This document shows, piece by piece, positions 32,674 through 41,248 of a stretch of DNA of 64,000 nt. The notes under the pieces were generated by a model. That model did not search any database and had not been told where the DNA came from. It was given only the letters and a program-made list of their open reading frames with translations. The position numbers and the translations under genes were made by a program. Location of the stretch: the NCBI GenBank assembly GCA_965224025.1, contig OZ245033.1, forward strand, positions 4,704,001-4,768,000, read 5' to 3'. This DNA is from Candidatus Multivorans sp. (GTDB lineage: Bacteria > Acidobacteriota > Thermoanaerobaculia > Multivoradales > Multivoraceae). Each line of letters starts with the position of its first letter. Position 1 is the stretch's first letter.

Positions 32674-33993
32674 TCAGGCGGCATGTTCGGTCGGCACGAG
32701 AGCCAGATTCAGGCGGCGGGCCTGACGCTGCAGGTTTCTGATTTGTCGTTCGCGTCGGACGGCCTCCATTTCGACGAGGTCGCGCTCGACGTACTCTTCG
32801 CCGTGGGTCAGCATGGCGTAGATCAGTCGGCCGAGTTGATGAGCGGTGGCCTTGATGGCCTTCGCCTTCTCCATGTGCTGGAGACGCCGGCGGTGAGAGG
32901 CTCCGATGGCGGTCTTGCTGTTGCGGGCTGTGGTGGCGGCTTGGCGCAGCGCCTGGCCGACCCGGTTGGTCTGCTTCACGGGAGGGCCGTTCAGCCGTTT
33001 GTCGCCGCTGATGTTGGTCGGTGGAGCCAGACACAGCCACGAGCAGAAGTTGCCCTGCGAGGGAAACCGGGACAGGTCCGGGCCGATCTCAGCGGCGAAG
33101 GTCAGCGCGGTTTCGACGCCGACCGTCGGAATGGCGACCAGGTCCACGCCGAGCATGCGATGCAGCCGCTTCCGCAGGGCGCGCTCGCGCGCCTTCGAAC
33201 CGGGCGGCGGCGCGTCCTCGACGCCGTCTTGGGCCAGGCCGTCGAGCTCGGCGTCGATGCGCTTCTCGCACATCTCGATCTGGCCTTGCAGCATGTCGTA
33301 GCGGGCCAGCGCCTGGCCCAGAGCGAACAGGTGCTCGTCTCGCCAGTTGCCTTGCAAACTCGCCGCGATCACAGCCGGACCAGCCTTGCAGCGACCGTCC
33401 CGGTGACGGGCCAGCGCCGCGCCGTCGCGCTCGCCGGCGACGATCGCGCGCACGATCAACTGGCCGGTCTTGCCCATGATGTCGCTCAGCACGTTGTCCA
33501 ACTGCACGTTCATCTGCACCAGAGCCTTCTGGATGTGCTGCACCGCGCGGCTGCGGTCGCGGACCAACTGGGCGCGCTGCCGCGTGTACGAACGCAGCGG
33601 ACACAACTCGTCCGGCGCGCGAAACGCACCGCGCAGGAGCCCGTAGCTCATCAACTGCCGGATCCACTGGCAGTCCAGAACGTCACTCTTGCGGCCACTC
33701 ACCTGCTTGGTCGCCCGAGGATTCACCAGATGCACCTCGAACCCCGCCCGGTCCAGCACCTCGAACACCGGAATCCAGTACACCCCCGTCGACTCCAGCG
33801 CCACCTCACGCACGCCGCACTCCTGAAGCCACGAGGCCATCGCCTCGAGGTCCTCCGTGAACGACGAGAAATTGCGCACCGGCCGCTCGAAACGCGACGG
33901 GGCCACCGCCACGTAGTGCTTGCGCTTGCCTACGTCCACACCGGCGCAATCCGGGTGAACGACTTCCAGACGCTCCGCCTTCCGCTTTGCCAT
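32674..33993 (-). CDS. IS110-family recombinase/transposase
   Basis: AGVDVGK, ALESTGVYW, KSDVLD (DEDD), C-terminal IPTVG...ISGDK...ALRQAA; GGAGG RBS. Confidence 0.93.
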   Translation of the reverse strand: MAKRKAERLEVVHPDCAGVDVGKRKHYVAVAPSRFERPVRNFSSFTEDLEAMASWLQECGVREVALESTGVYWIPVFEVLDRAGFEVHLVNPRATKQVSGRKSDVLDCQWIRQLMSYGLLRGAFRAPDELCPLRSYTRQRAQLVRDRSRAVQHIQKALVQMNVQLDNVLSDIMGKTGQLIVRAIVAGERDGAALARHRDGRCKAGPAVIAASLQGNWRDEHLFALGQALARYDMLQGQIEMCEKRIDAELDGLAQDGVEDAPPPGSKARERALRKRLHRMLGVDLVAIPTVGVETALTFAAEIGPDLSRFPSQGNFCSWLCLAPPTNISGDKRLNGPPVKQTNRVGQALRQAATTARNSKTAIGASHRRRLQHMEKAKAIKATAHQLGRLIYAMLTHGEEYVERDLVEMEAVRRERQIRNLQRQARRLNLALVPTEHAA

Positions 33994-34026
33994 CCCCTGC
34001 CTCCCGTAGATGTGGAATCCAATCGT

Positions 34027-34200
34027 CGCGCTGGGCAGAGACCGCGGCGAAAAGCTCAATCTTGCATACGGGGTCGCGACACAAGCCGCGCCGCCAGCGT
34101 CAGAGCGCCGATCACGGTCCGGGCCAAACTCCTAGTCGGGCGCCAACACACCAGTGCCTGCGCGGCCTCGCTGCCCAGCGCGGCCAACTCTATGAACCCA
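34027..34200 (-). ncRNA. Candidate IS110 bridge RNA
   Basis: Non-coding element end closed by a 12-bp perfect stem CGCGCTGGGCAG (34027-34038) / CTGCCCAGCGCG (34171-34182); location typical of IS110 bridge RNAs. Confidence 0.6.
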
Positions 34201-34278
34201 CGACGCCGCTGTAACGTTGGCTACTCGCTGCCTGTTCCCTGCGCGACAGCGCAGCGACAACGCTGCGGACACTCCTAG

Positions 34279-34590
34279 GCCTATTTCAAGCACCGTCAGG
34301 ATCAGTTAAGGCCTTCGCGCCACGCCTTCATCGAAGTCGGTGCTTCCCCTTCGCACGACGTCTTCGACGCACTCGACCGGCTGGACAACCTGTACACATG
34401 GATCGTCGCCACGATGCAGGAAGTACGTTGGGCCGTCTTGATCTCCGAGGGACTCAAGGACAAAGCCGAATCCCCCGCGGGCCGCTCCTTCACGTCGTCG
34501 GCCGAGTGGCTAGCGGCCCTCCGCGCCAAGCGACCAGCGGCGGGGAATCCCCGGCCACACCGTTTGACGGTCGGTCCAACTCGGCCGTAG
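34279..34590 (+). pseudogene. 3' remnant of an unknown gene interrupted by the IS1182 end
   Basis: Startless open frame AYFKHRQ...DALDRLDNLYTWIVATMQEVRWAVLISEG begins exactly at the IS end. Confidence 0.35.
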
Positions 34591-35029
34591 TCTCTCGGTC
34601 GAGACGCCGGGAGGGTTCCGCAACCCTTCATGCTCTCATTCCGAGGCCCACGCTATGGCGTGGGTCTTCGTGTCTATGGCCTATCTGCGGCACCGGCACC
34701 ACCGCCTGCCCCACGAAGGCGGCTTCACCGTCCGAATGGACGACCGCCATGAGACGGCTTCTTCGAGCTCCGAGTCCGGTATGCCTCGTACAGCGCCGGA
34801 TCCGGGTCGACTTCCACCATCTCGCCGTTCTCCACGACGAGAACGCCGGTGCCGTGCCGATGCGCATCCCCAGTGCGCGCGTTGAACGGCCCTCTCCATC
34901 GCCGCGGGAACCGCCCGCATGTCGGGATCGTCGAGCTTGGACACGGGAAGCTGTCTTCCTGTCTCGTTCACTGGCTTGCTCCCGTGGAAGCGCCGTTCGA
35001 CGCAATTCCAATCCGCACGGGGAAACGAT

Positions 35030-35431
35030 CTACGCCAGCGACTCGACGCCTACGGCCGCGGCCGCTTCGGTCAAGCGCCGATCCAGGCTCGCGAGGGCAC
35101 AGTCTTCGCGAATCGCCAGCGCCAGGTAGCTGGCGTCGTAGGCAGTCAGGCGATGGTCGCGCGCCAACTCCATGACGTGACGATCGTCCGCTTCGACGAC
35201 GCTGCGAATGGGAAGCCTGCGCAGCCGCGACAGGGAGACATCAGCATGACGGTCGTCAATGCGGCCCCGCCGCTCGGCCGACAACAGGAGATTCCGCAAC
35301 TAGTGCCAGAAGACGTCCGGGACCTTGGCCGTTTCGGTGCCGAGCCGGTCCAAGGCCAGGTCGGCCAGCGCTGCTTGCTCGTCCGGCAGCACCCAGGCGG
35401 CCGCGACCGAGGCGTCGGGAACGAACGCCAT
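35030..35431 (-). pseudogene. vapC: VapC PIN toxin with internal TAG stop
   Basis: MAFVPDASVAAAW..PDE...FWH*LRNLL...LTAYDASYLALA...SLDRRL; stop at 35300-35302. Confidence 0.85.
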
Positions 35432-35673
35432 CAGCGGGCGTGTCCCTCGTGGCGCCAAGCCAGGAGTTCCGGGGTCGTCACGGCACGCTGCTTCGCCCGT
35501 TCCCGGCGCAACGTCGCGCACAGCGCGGCATGGTCCCGGTCGTCGACGTGCGGAGTCACGCGGGCAATCGGAGTCGCGCCGCGGCAAATGACCAAGTCCT
35601 CGCCCGCCTCCACATCCGCCAGCAGCGCCGAGAGGTGCGTCTTGGCCTCGCCGATCTTCACGTAACGGGTCAT
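35431..35673 (-). CDS. Phd/YefM-family antitoxin
   Basis: IGEAKTHLSALLADVEAGEDLVICRGATPIARV. Confidence 0.88.
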   Translation of the reverse strand: MTRYVKIGEAKTHLSALLADVEAGEDLVICRGATPIARVTPHVDDRDHAALCATLRRERAKQRAVTTPELLAWRHEGHAR

Positions 35674-36018
35674 GTTCTCCGTGCTCCTCGTTCAACCTGA
35701 GTTGAAGGGATGCTAGGCCCCACGCCCAACTTGGTCAAGTGCTTGGTTCGGTACGCGCCGATCCCGCCCCAAGCGGTAGCCTTGCCGGCCGGAATCGCGC
35801 TGCGCGAGTACGTCCCGGGCAACCTGATCTACGCCAACGGACACCGAACGGGCAGTGCCAGTCGAAGGTCTGGGTTCGGCAGTCAAGACGCTTCGCGTCG
35901 GGAAACTCGTGGCCGCGGAGCTGACTGGACTGAGCGCAGGTAGTTTGGCCGTGTGGCACCTTGACTCCGTGGTGGTGACAGGCGGCTAGCAGTCTCTAGC
36001 ACTTTGCCCGCACACCTC

Positions 36019-36288
36019 ATGCACGCCGAAACGCAGCCGCTCCTCGCTGACGAACTGGAGTTCTTCGAGGAGCACTTCGACGACTACGCGACGAGGTTTC
36101 CAGGCCAGTACGTCCTGATCTGCGGTCAAGAGTTGATCGGCGTCTTTATGTCTCGCCGCGAAGCGATCGACGAAGGATACCGACTAGCCGTCCGAAAGAT
36201 GCTGGTCCGCGAGTGCGGCGTCCGTCCCGAGCCAGTGTCCATGCCGAGCCTCTTTCGCGCCTCGGACCTACGTCACACTGCCGCCTAA
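36019..36288 (+). CDS. Small hypothetical protein (DUF5678-like)
   Basis: ELEFFEEH......FPGQYVLI.G.ELIGVF....EAIDEGY. Confidence 0.6.
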   Translation: MHAETQPLLADELEFFEEHFDDYATRFPGQYVLICGQELIGVFMSRREAIDEGYRLAVRKMLVRECGVRPEPVSMPSLFRASDLRHTAA

Positions 36289-36827
36289 TCGAGGAAACCC
36301 CATCCTCGCTCGCGGTACAGGGCGCGATTCCCCGAGATCAGCGCGTTGGCCTGATCGACGCTGAAGACCTCCGCCTCGAACGTCCCGATCCACTCAGACA
36401 GGCGCTCGTGGTCTTCGTGTTCGGGATCGGCAAGCGCCTCCACCAGGTTCCAGTATCCGCCGACGCCGCCGCAGTCCTCCGGCGGGCAGGCCCGGGCGCC
36501 TTCGATGCAGCGCGGCAGGTCCATTCCACGCGACGGAACCGTCCCTGCGGAAGGAGCGACCCTCTTCTCCACCGTCAGCGCGTGGTGCCAGTCGTCGCCG
36601 AAGTCGTACACGTAGACGAAGCCCGTGCCGACGGGCAGGACGTCGGCCAACACGTGGTCCCGTGCGTTTTCTCCAAGTTCGGGTTCTTCCGCGGAGTACG
36701 GGCTCGGCGTCTCGAACCAGACGCCGCCGATGCCGAACATGGACAGGTGGGTGTCGTGCCAGCCCATGGCGCCCGAGTTCACCCGGCCGGCGTTATAGTC
36801 GAGAAGCTGAGGCTGGGAGTCGGTCAT
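36285..36827 (-). CDS. Plasmid pRiA4b ORF-3 family protein (N-terminus possibly truncated)
   Basis: MGWHDTHL, YVYDFGDDW, CIEGARACPPEDCGG. Confidence 0.85.
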   Translation of the reverse strand: MTDSQPQLLDYNAGRVNSGAMGWHDTHLSMFGIGGVWFETPSPYSAEEPELGENARDHVLADVLPVGTGFVYVYDFGDDWHHALTVEKRVAPSAGTVPSRGMDLPRCIEGARACPPEDCGGVGGYWNLVEALADPEHEDHERLSEWIGTFEAEVFSVDQANALISGNRALYRERGWGFLD

Positions 36828-36884
36828 CTGACCACCGCCTAGAGACTGCCGGCGAAAGGAACTGAAGGTCTCCAGAGGGGCATC

Positions 36885-37343
36885 ATGGTCCACTTCACAA
36901 TCAACGGACGGAAGTTCGCGTCCCGGGAGAGCCGCGTCACCGTCGCGTGGCTTCTGGAGCAGATAGGGCTGGAGCCAGGCGACGCCGTGCTTGAGCGCTC
37001 GGATACGGGAGAGACGTGGTCAGACCCATCGGCGCTCGTCGAACTGAGGGAAGGGGACAAGTTCGAGGCCAAGCCCAAGAGGGACCCCACGCCTGTTCCC
37101 GAGCCGCGAATCAGCTACACGGTCAACGGCGAGCCTCAAGTCACGGAGAAGACTCCGCTGACCCTAGAGAAGCTCTTGCGTCGAGCGGGCCCCGACGCCG
37201 CGATCGATCTAGGCCAGTTGGAGAGCTACTACCTCGTCAACGTCCGTAGCGGGGTCCGGTACGAGAACCTGGGCGATGAAGTGCCCATCGCTGATGGCGA
37301 CCAGTTCGTGGCGCTTCACGCGGGGCGCACTACGGTCGCCTGA
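36885..37343 (+). CDS. Tandem (2x) ubiquitin-like beta-grasp protein
   Basis: Two repeats F.INGR...LL...V.L.EGDKF and Y.VNGE...LL...V.I.DGDQF; ends HAG-RTTVA. Confidence 0.8.
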   Translation: MVHFTINGRKFASRESRVTVAWLLEQIGLEPGDAVLERSDTGETWSDPSALVELREGDKFEAKPKRDPTPVPEPRISYTVNGEPQVTEKTPLTLEKLLRRAGPDAAIDLGQLESYYLVNVRSGVRYENLGDEVPIADGDQFVALHAGRTTVA

Positions 37344-37347
37344 ACCG

Positions 37348-37722
37348 GTGCTCGAGACAGTCGCCGGAGAGCTGCGTGGGCTCGATATCGAGGCCCGCGT
37401 CGTTCCTTCCTGGAACGGAGCAGGCGGAGCAGGCATCGTCTTCCCCTACCGAGTGCAGAACGGGCGCTTCAAGGGCCAAACGCTGCTGATCGGCGTGAGC
37501 TTCCAGGAAGACGCCTACCCCGAGTATCCACCACACTTTATTCACTTTCGGGAGCTAGAGGGCACGCACTTCACCAGACACTCGGAGCACGTCTTTGAGG
37601 GCGCGAGGTGGTGGACGTTCAGCTTCCCTCCGAGCGACTTCTGGGACACGCTGGAACCGTCTCAGAAGAACATGCGCACCTACGTCCGGCGCCATCTGCT
37701 TCGCGTCCTGGAGCAACTGTGA
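37348..37722 (+). CDS. E2-like (UBC-fold) protein lacking Cys
   Basis: Y.V..GRFKG...IGVSF....YPEYPPHFIH...WWTFSFPPSDFWD; lies between Ubl and E1. Confidence 0.7.
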   Translation: MLETVAGELRGLDIEARVVPSWNGAGGAGIVFPYRVQNGRFKGQTLLIGVSFQEDAYPEYPPHFIHFRELEGTHFTRHSEHVFEGARWWTFSFPPSDFWDTLEPSQKNMRTYVRRHLLRVLEQL

Positions 37723-39188
37723 CCTTCGAAGCGGCGCTCGTCGAACCAGTTCATGAGGCCGCCTGCGACCATCTCCTCGCCCACCTGCGCTCGGGCAGGC
37801 GGCAGGAGGATCTCTGCTTCGCGCTCTGGCATCCCAGCCGGGGCGCAAGCCGCACGACCGCACTGATCTCGGAATTGGTCCTTCCCGAAGCCGGGGAACG
37901 CATCCTCCACGGCGGTGCCAGCTTCGAGGCCGACTACCTGTCGCGCGCCGTCCGCGCGGCGTGTGAGAAAGAGTGCGGTTTGGCCCTCCTTCACAGCCAC
38001 CCGACACCCGGCTGGCAGCCAATGAGCCGAGAGGACGTAACGGCGGAACGCGACCGGATCGGCGCGCCGGCGCGCGCCACCGGCCTACCCCTCGTCGGGC
38101 TGACCCTCGGCACGGACGGATCGTGGAGCGCACGCTTCTGGCAATGGACCGGCCACGAGTTCGAACGAAGCTGGTGCCGCAAGGTCCGCGTTGTCGGACG
38201 CCAACTGCGGATGACCTACAACGATGATCTGATGCCCCCTCCGCGGCGCCACGACGCGCTGAGGCGGACCATCGACACTTGGGGCGCCGCTCGTCAAGCC
38301 GACCTGGCGCGCCTGCGAATCGGCATCGTGGGACTCGGCAGCGTGGGCTGCCTGGTGGCAGAGACGCTGGCCCGCATCGGCGTTGAGCGAGTCGTGCTCG
38401 TGGACGCTGACCGAGTGGAGGCGCACAATCTCGACCGCCTCCTGTACGCAGGGAAGAACGACGTGGGTCGACTCAAGGTGGAGGTCGCCGCCGACGGACT
38501 GCGCCGCTCCGCGACAGCCGCCGAGTTCCAGGTGGACATCCACGCCGGCTGGCTGCAGCAGCGGGACTGCTTCTCCGCCGCACTCGACTGCGACATCCTG
38601 TTCTCCTGCGTCGACCGCCCGCTGCCGAAGGACCTGATGAACCACATCTCTTACGCTCACTGCATCCCGGTCGTCTTCGGAGGGGTGTTCGTCGACACGA
38701 AGAAGGACGGCACGCTAGGGCAGGCGGCCTGGAGTGTGGTCCGTTCGGGTCCCGGGCGTCGCTGCCTGCGCTGCGACGGCCAGTACACGACATCGGATGT
38801 CGTGCTTGAGCGAGACGGCTCCCTGGACGACCCCAGCTATATCGCCAAGCTGGCCGGCGACAAGCCGCTGAACCAGAACGTGTTCCCGTTCAGCGCCAAT
38901 CTGGCCAGTCTGATGACCTTGGAAATGCTGCGGATGGTGGTCGGCGACGACTGGTGGCCGGAGAACGTGGGCAAGGTCCACTACAGCTACGTGCCGGGAT
39001 CGCTCAGCGTCGCTGACGAACGGTGCCGCGAGCACTGTGAGGTCGAGACTCGCACCGCTCAGGGGGATCGAGCGATCTACCCGTTCCTCGAGGAGACGCC
39101 GCGGCCCGAACAGAAGGAACCTCGTACAGCCTTGGCGCGGTTCGCAGACAGGATGCGACTTTTCTGGCGAAGACTCGCGGATAGGTAG
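37719..39188 (+). CDS. JAB peptidase + ThiF/E1 fusion
   Basis: QED...HSHP......MS..D (JAMM); IVGLGSVG, VDADRVE.HNLDR, CVD, CLRC; GTGA overlap with E2. Confidence 0.88.
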   Translation: MTFEAALVEPVHEAACDHLLAHLRSGRRQEDLCFALWHPSRGASRTTALISELVLPEAGERILHGGASFEADYLSRAVRAACEKECGLALLHSHPTPGWQPMSREDVTAERDRIGAPARATGLPLVGLTLGTDGSWSARFWQWTGHEFERSWCRKVRVVGRQLRMTYNDDLMPPPRRHDALRRTIDTWGAARQADLARLRIGIVGLGSVGCLVAETLARIGVERVVLVDADRVEAHNLDRLLYAGKNDVGRLKVEVAADGLRRSATAAEFQVDIHAGWLQQRDCFSAALDCDILFSCVDRPLPKDLMNHISYAHCIPVVFGGVFVDTKKDGTLGQAAWSVVRSGPGRRCLRCDGQYTTSDVVLERDGSLDDPSYIAKLAGDKPLNQNVFPFSANLASLMTLEMLRMVVGDDWWPENVGKVHYSYVPGSLSVADERCREHCEVETRTAQGDRAIYPFLEETPRPEQKEPRTALARFADRMRLFWRRLADR

Positions 39189-39227
39189 GGGTCCCCCGGC
39201 AGTTTGACGGTCGCCCGCCGGCAGGAT

Positions 39228-39728
39228 TCAGCGGCTGGGAGACTCACCCGCAGCGAACAGCACGCAACGCCGCTCGTCCAGGAACTGTCGTTGCGCGTCT
39301 GCGCCTTCGTCGATCGGGAAGATCTCCCGATGAACCGGGAACCGTTCATGTGCCAGCCGCCTGAGATCCGGCAAGAGGTAGCCGCAGAAGTCCAAGCAGA
39401 GTTTCTGGTCCCGGGATACAAGCACTCGGGCCTCGGAAGCCCACGCCAAGGCGAGCATGTGCGGGTCGTCGCTCTTCATCTTCTCCACGCTAAGTTCGGC
39501 TTCGCGCTTCTTCAGCACCTCCTTCCCGCGCCGCTTGGCATGACCCGCGAAGCGCAACTCGTCGAACAGAGCCGCTGTCCACCCCCTGCCTAACTCCTCG
39601 GCGGCTCGACCTCCCGCCGGGTAGGAGAGCCTGCCATGACGCCGGCGTAGCCAGGCGAGAAGTCGCTTCCCGGCAGGCTTCTTCAGTTCGCCGAAGCAGT
39701 TCTTGTCGACGATGACGGACCAGCACAC
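39228..39728 (-). CDS. PIN-like domain protein
   Basis: VIVDKNC...EEL...KSDDPHMLALAWASEARVLVSRD..L..DF. Confidence 0.65.
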   Translation of the reverse strand: MCWSVIVDKNCFGELKKPAGKRLLAWLRRRHGRLSYPAGGRAAEELGRGWTAALFDELRFAGHAKRRGKEVLKKREAELSVEKMKSDDPHMLALAWASEARVLVSRDQKLCLDFCGYLLPDLRRLAHERFPVHREIFPIDEGADAQRQFLDERRCVLFAAGESPSR

Positions 39729-39739
39729 GACCAGGCGAT

Positions 39740-41038
39740 CTACGGGCCGTCGAACCCGAGATACTTCAGCGTCTCGTCCATGAAGAACTTCCGGTAGCTG
39801 ACCGGCGCTCCCTCTAGGTCTCCGTCGGCGTCGACACGGATTCCGAAGATGGACGACGAGGCGCGGTCCTCCGATCGTTCGAAGTACACGATCCCCAGGT
39901 CTTCCGCCGCGACCTTCCCCTCCTGCAGACAGATGAGAAACCACTTCGGCACGTGGTCGCTGTGGGTCTCGACCAGGAGCCGCCCACCCGCCTCGACCAA
40001 CAGGCCGACCAAGCGGGCCTGCACCGACGGATGCAGATGGCTCTCCGGCTGCTGCAGGAGCAGCGTTCTGCCGTCCGCAGCTTTGTCGATGGACTGAAGA
40101 AGCGGCAGAACGCTCTGGACACCGAAGCCCACGTCGACCATGTTGTGAAGCTCGCCCGAGGCATCGGCCCAAATCTCATAGGTCCCTCCAGGCCCTCGCC
40201 GAAGTGCCAAGTTGTCGAAGAGACTCAGCTTCCTGCCAAGTTCCCGGAATTCCCGGAGTTCGGCGTCGCCAACACCGCGCCCGAACGGATTCGACTCAAA
40301 GGACCGCTCCCGACGCCAGCCGACAGGGTCATTCGCCACGACGTCGAGCAGTCCGTCCTCTGGTGGAAACGGAAACACGTCGCGGAAGAAATTGAAGAAG
40401 CCAGAGACGTTCTTCAAGTCCTCCTCAGAAGACGAACCCGTCTGCTTGCGCCATATCGTCTCATCGCCACTGTAGGGTAGATAGCCACGCCTGACGGCGG
40501 CCGACAGCCACGTACTGAACTGGCGGTACGAGACGATCGACTGCCTGAACTGGAACTCAAACTCCGGGCCGCGAACCTGCCACATTTCCTCGCTGACATC
40601 GCCCGGGGGATCGATGCGAGCCAGTTCAAGCCACGAAGGATCGCCCTGATCCGTCGCAATGGCGAACGCCAACTCCCGTTCCCGGGGGCAGCCGTCCCGG
40701 CCCCTGTCATAGACCACGCGCACCCGCTCGTAGCAGTGGTCGGAGAGAGTTCCTTCCAAGGTGAACTCGGTGGCCCCGGAACGGGCGATCGTCTCGAAGG
40801 ACCCCATCCCGAACGGGGGCCGGTCGAATCGGTTGTCGTCACTGAGGTCTTTGATTCCGTCGCCATCGTTCGGCGTTCCAAGTCCCGCCAGCTCGGCGAG
40901 CACCCGATAGCACGCGAGGAAGGTCGTCTTGCCCGCGCTGTTGTCGCCCACGAGGAGAGCGACCCGTGGAAGACGCGCCTGCTCCGTTCCTTGAAAACAA
41001 CGGACGTTCGTCAAGGCGAGGCTGGTCAGAGCACTCAC
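39740..41038 (-). CDS. ABC-type ATPase with DUF3696-like C-terminus
   Basis: NVRCF, GDNSAGKT, DVGFGVQSVLP, LLLQQPESHLHP, VETHSDH, I.VD.DG.L..AP..YR.FF. Confidence 0.85.
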   Translation of the reverse strand: MSALTSLALTNVRCFQGTEQARLPRVALLVGDNSAGKTTFLACYRVLAELAGLGTPNDGDGIKDLSDDNRFDRPPFGMGSFETIARSGATEFTLEGTLSDHCYERVRVVYDRGRDGCPRERELAFAIATDQGDPSWLELARIDPPGDVSEEMWQVRGPEFEFQFRQSIVSYRQFSTWLSAAVRRGYLPYSGDETIWRKQTGSSSEEDLKNVSGFFNFFRDVFPFPPEDGLLDVVANDPVGWRRERSFESNPFGRGVGDAELREFRELGRKLSLFDNLALRRGPGGTYEIWADASGELHNMVDVGFGVQSVLPLLQSIDKAADGRTLLLQQPESHLHPSVQARLVGLLVEAGGRLLVETHSDHVPKWFLICLQEGKVAAEDLGIVYFERSEDRASSSIFGIRVDADGDLEGAPVSYRKFFMDETLKYLGFDGP

Positions 41039-41248
41039 CCGCCCCTCCTCTCGGAGGCACTGGCGAGGCCACGCAGAGCGCCGAAGGGCGTCCGGGACCG
41101 AAGAGAGGCCGGTCTGTCCGTGTTGAAGGCCGCTCCCCGATGTCTTGTCTCGCAAGCGGAGCGCCGCACGATCCACATCATGGCCGCTACCCTACTCAAT
41201 CTCGACAGCCGGTCGGTTGCGGCACAAGGCGGTAGCCTTGCCGGCCCC

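Larger units (their letters stand above)
31623..34278 (+). mobile_element. 5'-truncated IS1182-family element (transposase C-terminus to 32462) with an IS110 nested in its 3' end
   Basis: NFTDPES..M....QAYNAQ, ADAGY, Y.RRK..VEPV.GQIK..RGFRQFS.RG; probable right end GCGGACACTCCTAG at 34265-34278. Confidence 0.8.
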
